Positions 18,190-31,735 of a stretch of 64,000 bases of DNA are shown piece by piece. The first letter of the stretch is position 1, and each line of letters opens with the position of its first letter. The stretch lies in contig CAYFJC010000001.1 of NCBI GenBank assembly GCA_964343355.1, forward strand, positions 111-64,110, read 5' to 3'. The DNA is from an uncultured Gammaproteobacteria bacterium. GTDB taxonomy: Bacteria; Pseudomonadota; Gammaproteobacteria; Magnimaribacterales; D2472. The position numbers were made by a program, and so were the translations under genes. A model generated the notes under the pieces. That model had not been told where the DNA came from and ran no database searches. It saw only the letters and a program-made list of their open reading frames with translations.

Positions 18190-18897
18190 TTAGTCTTCAA
18201 TTATTTCTATGTCGACCAGACCTTGGCTATTAACTGAAGATTGGCTATTAAATAAGGTAATTGATGCTTTAAGTAATCTAATTTCATTTTGTAACTGAAG
18301 TATGGCTGCGTTATTTTGTTTTCTAAAGTTATTAAAGGCTTGGATAGACTCTTCCATTAACAATATATCGGTATTTAATGATTTAACATCTTTTTGCAGT
18401 TGAAGAAGTGATTTGCTTGTGGACTCTACTAATTCTAATTGTTTAATTTGATCTTTAATTTTAGATTGATTTAATGAAACTAATTTATTTAGCTTTGTCG
18501 ATGAATCCTGAACAGATGTAAGCTTATTTTTTAAATCTTCAACTAAATTTGCAGTTTCCTGAATCTTAACTTTGTTTCTTTTATTACTTAAGTCCCAAAG
18601 CTTTCTTATCTCTTTATCTAAAAACTGAAGCTGTGATGCAACCCCAGTCATAGAGTCAGCATTTACTGAATCAACAATGCTTAATTGTTCTTCTAGTAAA
18701 GCAATTCTCTCTTCGTAAGCGTTTACAAGCTCTTGACTGCTAGTTGAGATTTGATTGACCCATAAAGCCAAGGCCATAATGCTTGAAAGCATAAGAACAA
18801 ATACAAAACCTAAAAATAAACCACCTGTTTGCTGATGTTTATCTAAATAATTACTATCTTCCTTGTTTACTTTTATTTGTGAATCTTGAGTCGACAT
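18190..18897 (-). CDS. Membrane-anchored coiled-coil protein, hypothetical
   Basis: 235 aa with one TM segment (GGLFLGFVFVLMLSSIMALALWV). This is followed by about 180 aa of heptad-like L/K/E/Q-rich sequence. Confidence 0.5.
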   Translation of the reverse strand: MSTQDSQIKVNKEDSNYLDKHQQTGGLFLGFVFVLMLSSIMALALWVNQISTSSQELVNAYEERIALLEEQLSIVDSVNADSMTGVASQLQFLDKEIRKLWDLSNKRNKVKIQETANLVEDLKNKLTSVQDSSTKLNKLVSLNQSKIKDQIKQLELVESTSKSLLQLQKDVKSLNTDILLMEESIQAFNNFRKQNNAAILQLQNEIRLLKASITLFNSQSSVNSQGLVDIEIIED

Positions 18898-18989
18898 CTT
18901 TATTTAATGAATATTACTTTGATGAAATTATAGTAATTATAATTATATTCTATTACCATTTATTAACATTATATTACTATAAAAAAATT

Positions 18990-20111
18990 ATGAATTTAGA
19001 TTTTTCAGATGATCAAAAATTTCTTCAGTCAGAAGCAAGAAAGTTTTTAGAAAAAGAGGGTTCTCTTAAAAGAAATAGATCGGTACTAGATGATAAAAAT
19101 AGCATAGATAAAGAATTGTGGGAAAAGGTTGTGGCTATGGGGTGGACCGGTATTAGAATTCCAGAAGAGTATGAGGGATTAGGTTTAGGACATCTAGAGC
19201 TTTGTGTAGTTGCTGAGGAACTTGGTAGATCTTTAGCCCCTGTGCCCTTCTCTTCATCTGTATACCTTTTTACTGAGGCAATTATTAAATATGCAAGTGA
19301 AGAAATCAAACAAGAGATATTGCCCAAGCTTGTTTCAGGGGAATGTGTTGGGACCCTGGCTGTAACTGAAGATTTACTTGCTCCTACTGAAAATAATATA
19401 AGTGTTACATCTTTAAATGATGAGATTAATGGTAGAAAGATTGCTGTTCCAGATGCTGGAATTGCAACGCATGCACTTGTTGTTTGTAGTGGCAGCAGTG
19501 GGATTGAGTTAAGACTTGTTGATCTCGGTCAATCAAGTTGCAATGTTGATAGCCAAGAAAATATTGACGAAAGTAGAGGTCATTTTTCTATTGATTTTAC
19601 AAATGCTAAGAGTCGAATAGTTGGTGAAGCAGGTAATGGTTGGGAATTATTACAAAGTATTTTAAATCAAGCTGCAGTTCTATTTAGTTTTGAACAAATT
19701 GGAGGTGCTCAGGCTTCGCTTGATATGGCTAATAATTACGCTAAAGAAAGGTTTGCATTTGGAAGAGCTATTGGATCTTATCAAGCAATAAAACATAAGC
19801 TTGCAGATATGTATATATCAATAACTCTTGCTAAATCTAATTCTTATTATGGTGCATGGGCCCTTTTAACAGACTCATCAGAGCTTGCTGTTGCTGCTGC
19901 TACTGCTAGGGTCAGCTCCACTGAAGCATTTCAATTTTGCTCAAAAGAAAATATTCAAACCCATGGTGGTAATGGTTTTACATGGGAATATGACTGCCAT
20001 CTTTTTTATAGAAGGTCTAAATTACTATCTTTGAACATAGGATCATTATCTACATGGAAAGAGAAGCTAGTCAGTGGTTTAGAAAAATCAAACTTAGTTA
20101 ATTCAAATTAA
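18990..20111 (+). CDS. Acyl-CoA dehydrogenase-family protein, beta-like subunit (degenerate FAD motif)
   Basis: Start reset to ATG 18990 (MNLDFSDDQKFLQSEARKF); the ORF-track N-terminal 37 aa are low-complexity I/Y-rich. ACAD fold with HGGNGFTWEYDCHLFYRRSK. The usual (S/T)EPxxGSD site reads AVTEDLLAPTEN, and the YEGT position reads NIGS. Confidence 0.75.
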   Translation: MNLDFSDDQKFLQSEARKFLEKEGSLKRNRSVLDDKNSIDKELWEKVVAMGWTGIRIPEEYEGLGLGHLELCVVAEELGRSLAPVPFSSSVYLFTEAIIKYASEEIKQEILPKLVSGECVGTLAVTEDLLAPTENNISVTSLNDEINGRKIAVPDAGIATHALVVCSGSSGIELRLVDLGQSSCNVDSQENIDESRGHFSIDFTNAKSRIVGEAGNGWELLQSILNQAAVLFSFEQIGGAQASLDMANNYAKERFAFGRAIGSYQAIKHKLADMYISITLAKSNSYYGAWALLTDSSELAVAAATARVSSTEAFQFCSKENIQTHGGNGFTWEYDCHLFYRRSKLLSLNIGSLSTWKEKLVSGLEKSNLVNSN

Positions 20112-20122
20112 AGGAGTATTAA

Positions 20123-21358
20123 ATGGATTTTAATGATTCGAAAGAACAAGCAGAATTTAGAGCTGAATGCAGAAGTTGGTTAGAGCAAAATGCTGAACTT
20201 AAAACTGCAGCGCCTAAAGATAAAAGAGAGGGCATGGTCGGCGAGGAAGCTTTTTTAGACTCTGCTAAAGAATGGCAAAGAAAAAAGTTTGACGCTGGCT
20301 GGGCAATGCTTCATTGGCCTAAAGAATATGGTGGATTAGCTGCATCAGCAATTGAAAGAATTATCTGGGGCCAAGAAGAGTCTAAATTTAGCGTACCAAG
20401 AGGAATCTATGAGATTGGTCTAGGTATGGCTGGACCTGTAATGATGCAGTATGCATCTGAAGAACAAAAAGCTAGATATTTACCACCAATGGCTGAAGGT
20501 AAAGAAATTTGGTGTCAATTATTCTCAGAACCTTCCGCTGGCTCTGACGTTGCTGGACTAAGAAGTAAGGCAGTCAAAGATGGTGATGACTGGATAATAA
20601 ATGGCCAAAAGGTTTGGACATCTGGAGCTCACTTTTGTGATTATGGAATATTGGTTGTTAGACATGATCCAAATTTAGAAAAACATAAAGGCATGACTTT
20701 CTTTTTTGTAGACATGAAATCTCCTGGCATAGACATTAAGCCAATTAAACAAATTACCGGTGGCTCATCTTTTAATGAAGTATATTTTAATGACGTTCGA
20801 ATTCCTGATTCACAAAGACTAGGTGAAATTGGTGATGGCTGGAAAGTTGCGATTACAACATTAATGAATGAAAGACTAGCTGTTGGAGATGCTAATGGTG
20901 CGGATGCCAATGAAGCTTTTGAATGGGCTAAAAAGCAGGATGATCATGGAGAACCTTTAATTCAAAGTAGAGCTGTAAGAGAATCAATTGCAGATTGGTA
21001 TTGCCAAGCAAATGGTTTAAAAAATACAAAACTAAGAACCATGTCAGCTTTATCAAAAGGAGATACTCCTGGACCAGAGGCATCTATTACTAAGGTGGTT
21101 AGTGCTAATAAACTTCAGGCAATTGGTAATTTTGGAATTGACTCACTTGATATGGCAGGAATGCTTAAAACAGATGACTCAGATGTTCATGGCTTTCAAG
21201 GGGCATGGCTGGGATCACCAGGATTAAGAATAGCTGGTGGAACTGATGAAATTCTGAGAAATATCATTGCTGAGAGAGTTTTAGGCTTACCTCAAGATCC
21301 AAGAGCAGATAAAGGCGTGGCATACAAAGACATACCCTCAGGTACTAGTAAAGATTAA
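20123..21358 (+). CDS. Acyl-CoA dehydrogenase, alpha-like subunit
   Basis: 411 aa. It has canonical FSEPSAGSD, NGQKVWTSGA and a C-terminal AGGTDEILRNIIAERVLGLP. It starts 11 nt after the previous ACAD gene. Confidence 0.85.
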   Translation: MDFNDSKEQAEFRAECRSWLEQNAELKTAAPKDKREGMVGEEAFLDSAKEWQRKKFDAGWAMLHWPKEYGGLAASAIERIIWGQEESKFSVPRGIYEIGLGMAGPVMMQYASEEQKARYLPPMAEGKEIWCQLFSEPSAGSDVAGLRSKAVKDGDDWIINGQKVWTSGAHFCDYGILVVRHDPNLEKHKGMTFFFVDMKSPGIDIKPIKQITGGSSFNEVYFNDVRIPDSQRLGEIGDGWKVAITTLMNERLAVGDANGADANEAFEWAKKQDDHGEPLIQSRAVRESIADWYCQANGLKNTKLRTMSALSKGDTPGPEASITKVVSANKLQAIGNFGIDSLDMAGMLKTDDSDVHGFQGAWLGSPGLRIAGGTDEILRNIIAERVLGLPQDPRADKGVAYKDIPSGTSKD

Positions 21359-23067
21359 TTTGTAAATTTTGATAAGAACATCAGAAACTCTGCTGGCTTA
21401 CCATTAGTATTAATTTCTCCGGATGCAACCTTACTTATAGGGTTATGAATGCCAGCTAAAGTTTCTTTAAATAGGCTGTCATTGGTCTCAATGCTTAAAT
21501 CACAATCAGTTGATGTGGATGATATTTCAGCAATTTTGTTTCTTAATGTAATAGTTTTCTTAAGACCTGAATCGAAGGTAAAACATGCTCTATATATTCC
21601 AGTTTCAACCTTTTCTGGATTTAAGGCAACAGACAGAATATTAAAAAAGTTATCCATTGATAATTGCTTTAATAGGTATGCATCACTCTTCATTATATTT
21701 TCTAATTCAAATCCTGGCTCTAGTTCAAGAGCAGAGCTGAGTAAATAATTTCTTTTATTCGGGTTGGGTGATCGCTGACCAATATGTTCTGCAGCAATTG
21801 ATCTTAATTCATTTACTTTATTAACTTTGTGATTAAGTGCTATTAGATGATCGCTAAGCTGAAGCGCCCACTGCATATCCTTGGCTGCGACCGCGGCTTC
21901 AAGTTGTAAGTAGATGTTCTCAACACCACCAACCATTAAAGCTAACCTTGAAGCTTCTTCTTTTCTCGATAAAGGGTCAAGGTCTGAAATATTGCCATTA
22001 AACCAACCCAAATATCCACTAAAAATACTTTTTACAGACCATCTAATAGTTCCATAAAATTCATTAAGAAATGGAGAATCTACAATCTCAGATGGTAACT
22101 CTATCATTTCAATAATTTGGTCGGGGTACAAGCCCTGATTCATTAATCTAATGGTTTGATCATGGACATACTGAATAGCATCTCTGTATAAAGTTAAGGT
22201 CTTCATGACCTCTTTACCCTCTATAGGCTTTGTATGACTTGGAAATAGGTACTCAGGATTAAAAGATCTCATGTGATCTAAACTATCTACCCATCCCTTA
22301 ACATCCCTATGAGTTGTTCCTCTAATCGTATATAAGTTTGGAAAAGTTTTATAAAGGTTATCACCAGGCATTAATGCTTTTTTTTGAGGCAACCAAACGA
22401 ACAGCTGATCATTCGTTTCACCAATAGCATGATATAGCTCTATATCTATTCCAGCGATCGTTAACTTAAGTTCATCTGAAAATGTTATATCAGGCTTCAT
22501 ATAGCCTGGAGTGCTTTGTGAAACTCCTAAAAATGGTCCAATACCAACATTAATTAATTGCTCTTCTGGCAAAAAGGTTCCAAACATCCTAGAGGTTCTT
22601 GCACTAATGATTGGGTTTAATATCCCCAGTATTCTTTCCATATAAAATGCTGTAGTTTCGTGCGCAATGATCTGCGGTTTTTCTTCACTAATACTGTCAT
22701 AGTAAGCTGCACCAAATGTATGATCACCATGATTATGAGTATATATAACAGCTTTGATTGGGTTTGAGTTTATATCCTTAAAATATTTATATATTTTTTC
22801 TGCCTCAACAACACTATCAGCAGCATCAATTATTATATTGCCACCCTCGCCTTCAACCATGATTGAATTAGCTATGCCGAAGCCAACAGCAATATGAATG
22901 CCATTATCATATGAGTAAACTGTAGGAATAAACTCTTCGCTGTGTTGAACGAGCTCTTCAACTGAGGATGTATACTCTGTGGGTTGTGAACTAGTAACAT
23001 CATCCGAGCACGAGCTTAGTAAAAATATTAGTGGCAGGATAGAAATATAATAGAGTTTTGTGTTCAT
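21355..23067 (-). CDS. Alkyl/aryl-sulfatase (MBL fold, SdsA1/BDS1-like) lipoprotein
   Basis: 570 aa. It has lipobox LSSC and the MBL motif YTHNHGDH. The dimerisation-domain pattern (...GQRSPNPNKRNYLLSSALELE) and an SCP2-like C-terminus are present. Confidence 0.8.
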   Translation of the reverse strand: MNTKLYYISILPLIFLLSSCSDDVTSSQPTEYTSSVEELVQHSEEFIPTVYSYDNGIHIAVGFGIANSIMVEGEGGNIIIDAADSVVEAEKIYKYFKDINSNPIKAVIYTHNHGDHTFGAAYYDSISEEKPQIIAHETTAFYMERILGILNPIISARTSRMFGTFLPEEQLINVGIGPFLGVSQSTPGYMKPDITFSDELKLTIAGIDIELYHAIGETNDQLFVWLPQKKALMPGDNLYKTFPNLYTIRGTTHRDVKGWVDSLDHMRSFNPEYLFPSHTKPIEGKEVMKTLTLYRDAIQYVHDQTIRLMNQGLYPDQIIEMIELPSEIVDSPFLNEFYGTIRWSVKSIFSGYLGWFNGNISDLDPLSRKEEASRLALMVGGVENIYLQLEAAVAAKDMQWALQLSDHLIALNHKVNKVNELRSIAAEHIGQRSPNPNKRNYLLSSALELEPGFELENIMKSDAYLLKQLSMDNFFNILSVALNPEKVETGIYRACFTFDSGLKKTITLRNKIAEISSTSTDCDLSIETNDSLFKETLAGIHNPISKVASGEINTNGKPAEFLMFLSKFTN

Positions 23068-23141
23068 AATTTTTTTTAAAGATTTAAAACTATTATAGAC
23101 ATTGTATAAAATAATTAATAATAAAATGCTGAAGATAAATA

Positions 23142-24941
23142 ATGAATAAATTACATCCTCTTAAAATAAACTCTAGAAAGTTGAGCTGGGAAGATAATCA
23201 ACCGCATAGTCTTGATTACGATGACAGGTTTTTTCAAGCAAATGTTATAGATGAAACTCAAGAAGTTTTTATCACAGCAAATAATCTTAAAGATAGATGG
23301 GATAACTTAGAAAAAAATAATTTTAAGATAGCCGAACTTGGCTTTGGCTTTGGCTTGAATTTTCTAATTACAGCAAAATTTTGGCATGAGCAGAAATTTA
23401 ATAATGAAAAATGGTTGGATTATGTTTCCATTGATTGCTTTTCATTAAATATTGAAGACTTTAAAAAAATTGTTAAAAACTATCCACTGCTTAAAGAATA
23501 TAGTGATGAGTTGGTCCTAAATTTTCCTATTGAATGCAATGGCTTTACTAGAATAGATTTTCCTAAATTTAAAACTAGGTTAACTCTTATAATAAATAAT
23601 GTTGATGATGCCTTGGTCTCATTAGTCGGAAATGATAATAATAAATTTGATGCCTGGTATCTCGATGGTTTTGATCCTAGTAAAAATATATCCATGTGGT
23701 CACCAAATGTATTTAGTAACATTAATTTACTTAGTAAAGAAAATACAACTTTTGGAACATATACTGCTGCTGGTTTTGTAAGAAGAGGTCTAAAAGAAAA
23801 TAACTTTGATGTAAGTAAAGTTAAAGGTTTTGGTAATAAGAGGCATAGATTGCAAGGAGTTTATTCTAAAAAAGACAAGCCAAAACAATTAGGACTCACT
23901 CCTAAAAAAGTAGCTATTATAGGCTCGGGTATAGCTGGAACCTGTCTAGCTTACAAGCTAGCAAACCAAAATATTAGTGTTGATATTTTTGATAAAAAAA
24001 AGGATTTAAATTTAAATCCATGGGCTGCTATGTATCCTAAGTTTTCACTAGGACTAGACCCTAGAAGCGATTTATTAGTTCAAGGTTACCTTTATGCACA
24101 TAAATTTTACACAAAAGTACTAAGTGGATACAAAAATACAGGTATTTTATTTTTAAATAATGGTGAGGATAGAGATTCTTGGATTAAAAGAATTTTAAAG
24201 CTTGATAGAAATGATCTTTTCGTAAAATTAACTGCAGACGAAATAAATACTCAAAATAAAGTTAGTCAAGAATTCGATGGGCTCAAGATAAATATAGGTG
24301 GCTGTATTTCAATAGAAGAATTAAATAAAGTTCTTATGGAACATGAAAATATAAACTTTATATCTGAACAGAATTTTTTGAGCTATAAGATACAAGATAA
24401 AATTAAATTAAAGTTTAATAATGGTAAAACTTATACTGGTTATACGCATTTAGTTATATGTTCTGGTGGTTCACTGCAATCATTAATTCCAAAGATTGGC
24501 ATTAAGCATGGTGCGATAGCTAGTTTTAAAAATAAACTTCTTAAGAATATTAAATATCCTATAAACAATAATGGCTATGTTCTTCCTGAACACCATGGTG
24601 TTAATTGGGCCGGTTCGATATATAGCAAAGATGAGATAAGCGCTGAGGATTCAATTAATTATCAAAATATAATTGATAAAAATAATCATCTTTTGGTTGA
24701 TGAAGATATCTCTCATATTAAATCTACCTGGATAGGAACAAGAGCTTCCCTTCCAGATTATCTGCCTGTAACAGGCGCTATTGAAAAAGAAAAAGTTTAC
24801 GCTTTGGGTGGGCTAGGTTCAAGAGGTTTAAGCTTAGCGCCGCTATTAGCTGAAACAATCATGAATGAGATTTGCAATACACCAAGCCCTATAAGCCAAG
24901 AAGTTAAAGAGGCTATAAGCCCCTTAAGATTTAATGATTAA
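23142..24941 (+). CDS. mnmC: Bifunctional tRNA mnm5s2U34 methyltransferase / FAD-dependent cmnm5s2U34 oxidoreductase
   Basis: 599 aa. The N-terminal methyltransferase domain has FDAWYLDGFDPSKNISMW (compare E. coli DAWFLDGFAPAKNPDMW). The C-terminal DAO domain has VAIIGSGIAG. Confidence 0.85.
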   Translation: MNKLHPLKINSRKLSWEDNQPHSLDYDDRFFQANVIDETQEVFITANNLKDRWDNLEKNNFKIAELGFGFGLNFLITAKFWHEQKFNNEKWLDYVSIDCFSLNIEDFKKIVKNYPLLKEYSDELVLNFPIECNGFTRIDFPKFKTRLTLIINNVDDALVSLVGNDNNKFDAWYLDGFDPSKNISMWSPNVFSNINLLSKENTTFGTYTAAGFVRRGLKENNFDVSKVKGFGNKRHRLQGVYSKKDKPKQLGLTPKKVAIIGSGIAGTCLAYKLANQNISVDIFDKKKDLNLNPWAAMYPKFSLGLDPRSDLLVQGYLYAHKFYTKVLSGYKNTGILFLNNGEDRDSWIKRILKLDRNDLFVKLTADEINTQNKVSQEFDGLKINIGGCISIEELNKVLMEHENINFISEQNFLSYKIQDKIKLKFNNGKTYTGYTHLVICSGGSLQSLIPKIGIKHGAIASFKNKLLKNIKYPINNNGYVLPEHHGVNWAGSIYSKDEISAEDSINYQNIIDKNNHLLVDEDISHIKSTWIGTRASLPDYLPVTGAIEKEKVYALGGLGSRGLSLAPLLAETIMNEICNTPSPISQEVKEAISPLRFND

Positions 24942-25471
24942 TTGGATTGTAAAATACTATCTACAATAAACTGAAGATACTCTTCAGTTAAAGGATCTTT
25001 AGAAGAACTCTTTCTCCATTTCGTTAAGCCAGTCCATACAACTTTATCAGCGCTGATATCTTTTATATTTACTCTTAAAATAAATTGCTGAGTTGTTTCA
25101 AGCTGATCCATATTCCATTCGTAACCATAGTAGTAAGGAGATCTTCTAGGATATTTTGATAATTTAAGCTTTTCTTTAGGTTCAAGTATTAATTCAATAT
25201 TTATATTTGCATCTGGATTTAGAGTAAGACCTCTATCTTCAAGAGCTTCAGTCAAAGAATTTTTTAATTTCTCAAACTTAATAGGATTAACTTCTGCACT
25301 TAAATCAGATTGGTTCATATTTAATGAGAATTCGTTATAATCTGCAAGGTTAAAACTACCAAGAGAATCAGTTTCAAAATTATAATTATTTAGATTCAAA
25401 TTCAAAGAACAGCTTTGAATAAAAACTAAGCTTATAATTAGGGAGAGTTGTTTTAATTTTTTATTAATCAT
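24938..25471 (-). CDS. Lipoprotein, hypothetical
   Basis: 177 aa. The signal peptide has lipobox IQSC. No catalytic motif recognised. Confidence 0.5.
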   Translation of the reverse strand: MINKKLKQLSLIISLVFIQSCSLNLNLNNYNFETDSLGSFNLADYNEFSLNMNQSDLSAEVNPIKFEKLKNSLTEALEDRGLTLNPDANINIELILEPKEKLKLSKYPRRSPYYYGYEWNMDQLETTQQFILRVNIKDISADKVVWTGLTKWRKSSSKDPLTEEYLQFIVDSILQSN

Positions 25472-25505
25472 TTCTTTATTTTAAAGAAAAAAATATAATT
25501 AGCCA

Positions 25506-28364
25506 ATGTTCATATTAAAAGAAAAGAAATTTATACCTTTATTAAATCTTGAAGCTCAAGTTTTCAACGAAAATGAGTTCAATTGCCAACATATTCATCT
25601 AGCTTCTGAGTCTACTGAAAATGTTTTTATGGTTGCATTTAGAACCGTTCCACAAGACTCTAAAGGTATAGCTCATATTCTAGAACATACTGCTTTGTGC
25701 GGTTCAAAAAAGTTTCCTGTAAGAGATCCTTTTTTTATGATGATAAGAAGGTCTTTAAATACATTTATGAATGCCTTTACCTCAAGTGATTGGACAGCAT
25801 ATCCTTTTGCAACAATGAATAAAAAAGATTTTGATAATCTGCTTGATGTTTATCTTGATTCAGCTTTCTTTCCCAACCTTGATAGTCTAGATTTTGCTCA
25901 GGAGGGTCATCGCTTAGAAATTAATGATGAAGATAATCTAGAAATTAAAGGTGTTGTATATAACGAAATGAAAGGAGCTATGAGCTCTATACCAAGTCAG
26001 TTATGGCATGGTCTTTCAAAATATCTCTATCCTGATTCAACCTATCAATATAATAGCGGAGGTAACCCAGAAAATATTCTTGAACTCAGTCATGAGGAAT
26101 TAGTTAATTTTCACAAAAAACATTACCACCCGTCCAATGCTACTTTTTTTACCTTTGGTGATATGGACCCATCTGAAATACAAAAAGTCGTTGCTGAAAA
26201 TGTTTTAAAGAATTTTGAGCCTTCATTAGAAAAAATTGAAGTTAAAAATGAAACAAGGATACAAAGCCCAATTCAAAGATCTGAAACATATAATCCACTT
26301 CCAGGAGATGATGAAAATCACCATGTAGTTCTGAGCTGGCTTTTGAATGAAAGTCATGACCCTGTTGAGCTATTGGAAACTTACTTACTTTCAAATATCC
26401 TCTTAGACAATTCAGCATCACCATTAAGAAAAGCTCTAGAAAGTTCTGAATTAGGCATAGCGCCCTCTCCTTTAACCGGATTAGAGACAAGTCATAAAGA
26501 AATTGTATTTGCTGCTGGTCTTGAAGGAGTATCTGCTGGTAATCAAACTCAGGTTGAGAATTTAATTCTCAACACGTTAAATGATCTCATGAAAAATGGA
26601 GTTTCAAAAGATGTCATTGATTCTTCAGTTCATCAATTAGAGATTAAACAAAGAGAAGTCTCTGGCAGTGGGATGCCCTATGGGCTTGAGCTTATGCTTG
26701 GCTGCCTTCCTGCATGCATTCATAGAGATAATCCTCTTGAAATATTAGACCTAGATAAAAGCTTTACTCAATTAAAAGAAAACTTAAAAACAGATAAATA
26801 TCTTGAGTCTTTAATTGAAAAACATCTCATTAATAATCCTCATAGAGTAAATTATGAATTAAAGCCAGAAATTGGTTTAAATGAAAAGAAGGAAGAAGCA
26901 ATTAAAGATTTTCTTGCTGAAAAGACAAAAAATTTGAGTACTATTGAGAAAGATGAGATTAATACACTCGCAAAAGATCTCAAAAATAGACAGGATGCAA
27001 AAGATGATCCTGGAGTTCTTCCTCAAGTCACTGTTGCAGATATACCTTTAACTAGAAAATTTCCAACAGCTATCCAGAATGATGCAACTGAAAAGAATAA
27101 AGACTTTTATTACAAAACTGGGACAAATGGAATTGTTTATCATTCACTAATATATCCATGTGAAGATCTAAATTTGGATCAATTATCTGCCACTCATACT
27201 TATTCTGATCTGTTAACAGATCTTGGATTAGGCAATAAGTCATTTGAAGAAATTCAAAAACGTCAGGCATCTATAACTGGTGGCATTGGTGCATCATTTA
27301 TTTTACTTCCAGGTAACGAAGCTGAAACAAAAAAAATGGGTCTAAAGATAACAAGCAGTAGTCTAGAAAAAAATGCAGAAGCTATGCAGGAACTTATGAT
27401 GGAAACTGTAAGTAATGCTAATTTTGCTAATCCAAAAAGAGTAAAAGAAATTATTGAATTTAGCTCCGCAGATGCTGAAAAATCTCTAACCCAAGGTGGT
27501 CATAGCTTAGCAATGAGCAGTGCTGCTGCTCAAATAAGCAAAAGAGCTGCTACTAATGAACTTACATCAGGCCTTACCTATGTAAATAGCCTTAAATCAC
27601 TCAAGGATTCTGTTAGTGATGATGCTAATCTTAATAGATATATTGATTCCCTAATTAATATACAAAATAAAATTTCAAGCACTCCTATGTATTCATTTAC
27701 AGCCTCCTCCTTAGAGCAAAAAGAGCTAAATTTAGGCATACCAAGTTTTATGTCAGAGATGCAGTTTAATAATCAAGTATTAGCTCCCACTCAACAAAAA
27801 GAACTTGGGTGGATAACTGGATCGCAGGTATGCTTTTGCGCAGAAGCATTTCCAACTGTAAATGGATCTCATCCAGATGCTCCAATATTGAGTGTATTAG
27901 CTACAGTTTTAAGGAATGGATACTTGCATTCTGCAATTCGTGAAAAAGGCGGTGCTTATGGAGCTGGAGCCTCTCATGATAGTAAGGCTCAAGTTTTTCT
28001 TTTTTACTCCTACAGAGATCCAAAATGTAAAGAAACTTTTACTGAGTTCTCTAATTCAAGACAATGGGCTTTAGATAATATTTCAGCTGCACAGCTTGAG
28101 GAAGGTATTTTAGGAGTTATCTCTAGTATAGATAAACCAATGTCACCTGCAGGAGAAGCAGGAAATGATTTTATGAATTTAATTCAAGGTAAATCTCAAG
28201 ATGACCGTCTAAAATTTAGAGCAAGAGTTAAAGATTGCAAACTTAGTGATTTAAACGAAATGGCAGCTAAATATTTTAATTCTGAGTCTAAAAAGGCTGT
28301 ATTAGCAGGTGAGAGTTTTCAAGAGGCTCTTGAAGACCAAGGTTTTGAAATTAAAGTAATTTAA
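25506..28364 (+). CDS. M16C-family zinc metallopeptidase (presequence-protease/PreP-like)
   Basis: 952 aa. It has the inverted zinc motif HILEHTALCGS (HxxEH). The four-domain length is typical of PreP-type M16 enzymes. Confidence 0.8.
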   Translation: MFILKEKKFIPLLNLEAQVFNENEFNCQHIHLASESTENVFMVAFRTVPQDSKGIAHILEHTALCGSKKFPVRDPFFMMIRRSLNTFMNAFTSSDWTAYPFATMNKKDFDNLLDVYLDSAFFPNLDSLDFAQEGHRLEINDEDNLEIKGVVYNEMKGAMSSIPSQLWHGLSKYLYPDSTYQYNSGGNPENILELSHEELVNFHKKHYHPSNATFFTFGDMDPSEIQKVVAENVLKNFEPSLEKIEVKNETRIQSPIQRSETYNPLPGDDENHHVVLSWLLNESHDPVELLETYLLSNILLDNSASPLRKALESSELGIAPSPLTGLETSHKEIVFAAGLEGVSAGNQTQVENLILNTLNDLMKNGVSKDVIDSSVHQLEIKQREVSGSGMPYGLELMLGCLPACIHRDNPLEILDLDKSFTQLKENLKTDKYLESLIEKHLINNPHRVNYELKPEIGLNEKKEEAIKDFLAEKTKNLSTIEKDEINTLAKDLKNRQDAKDDPGVLPQVTVADIPLTRKFPTAIQNDATEKNKDFYYKTGTNGIVYHSLIYPCEDLNLDQLSATHTYSDLLTDLGLGNKSFEEIQKRQASITGGIGASFILLPGNEAETKKMGLKITSSSLEKNAEAMQELMMETVSNANFANPKRVKEIIEFSSADAEKSLTQGGHSLAMSSAAAQISKRAATNELTSGLTYVNSLKSLKDSVSDDANLNRYIDSLINIQNKISSTPMYSFTASSLEQKELNLGIPSFMSEMQFNNQVLAPTQQKELGWITGSQVCFCAEAFPTVNGSHPDAPILSVLATVLRNGYLHSAIREKGGAYGAGASHDSKAQVFLFYSYRDPKCKETFTEFSNSRQWALDNISAAQLEEGILGVISSIDKPMSPAGEAGNDFMNLIQGKSQDDRLKFRARVKDCKLSDLNEMAAKYFNSESKKAVLAGESFQEALEDQGFEIKVI

Positions 28365-31735
<3,371 letters not shown>

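Noticed and set aside
18879-18989. N-terminal extensions of ORF-track entries (18879, 5104, 52081, 54315, 56747, 38926)
   Set aside because: The extensions are I/Y/F/K-rich translations of AT-rich spacers. Internal ATGs with Shine-Dalgarno-like sequences give N-termini that match the expected family starts.
18898-18989. Inverted repeat ATTACT...AGTAAT in the spacer upstream of the ACAD pair, as a TetR-type operator
   Set aside because: The half-sites are only 6 bp with a 13-nt gap in very AT-rich sequence. No regulator gene is adjacent.
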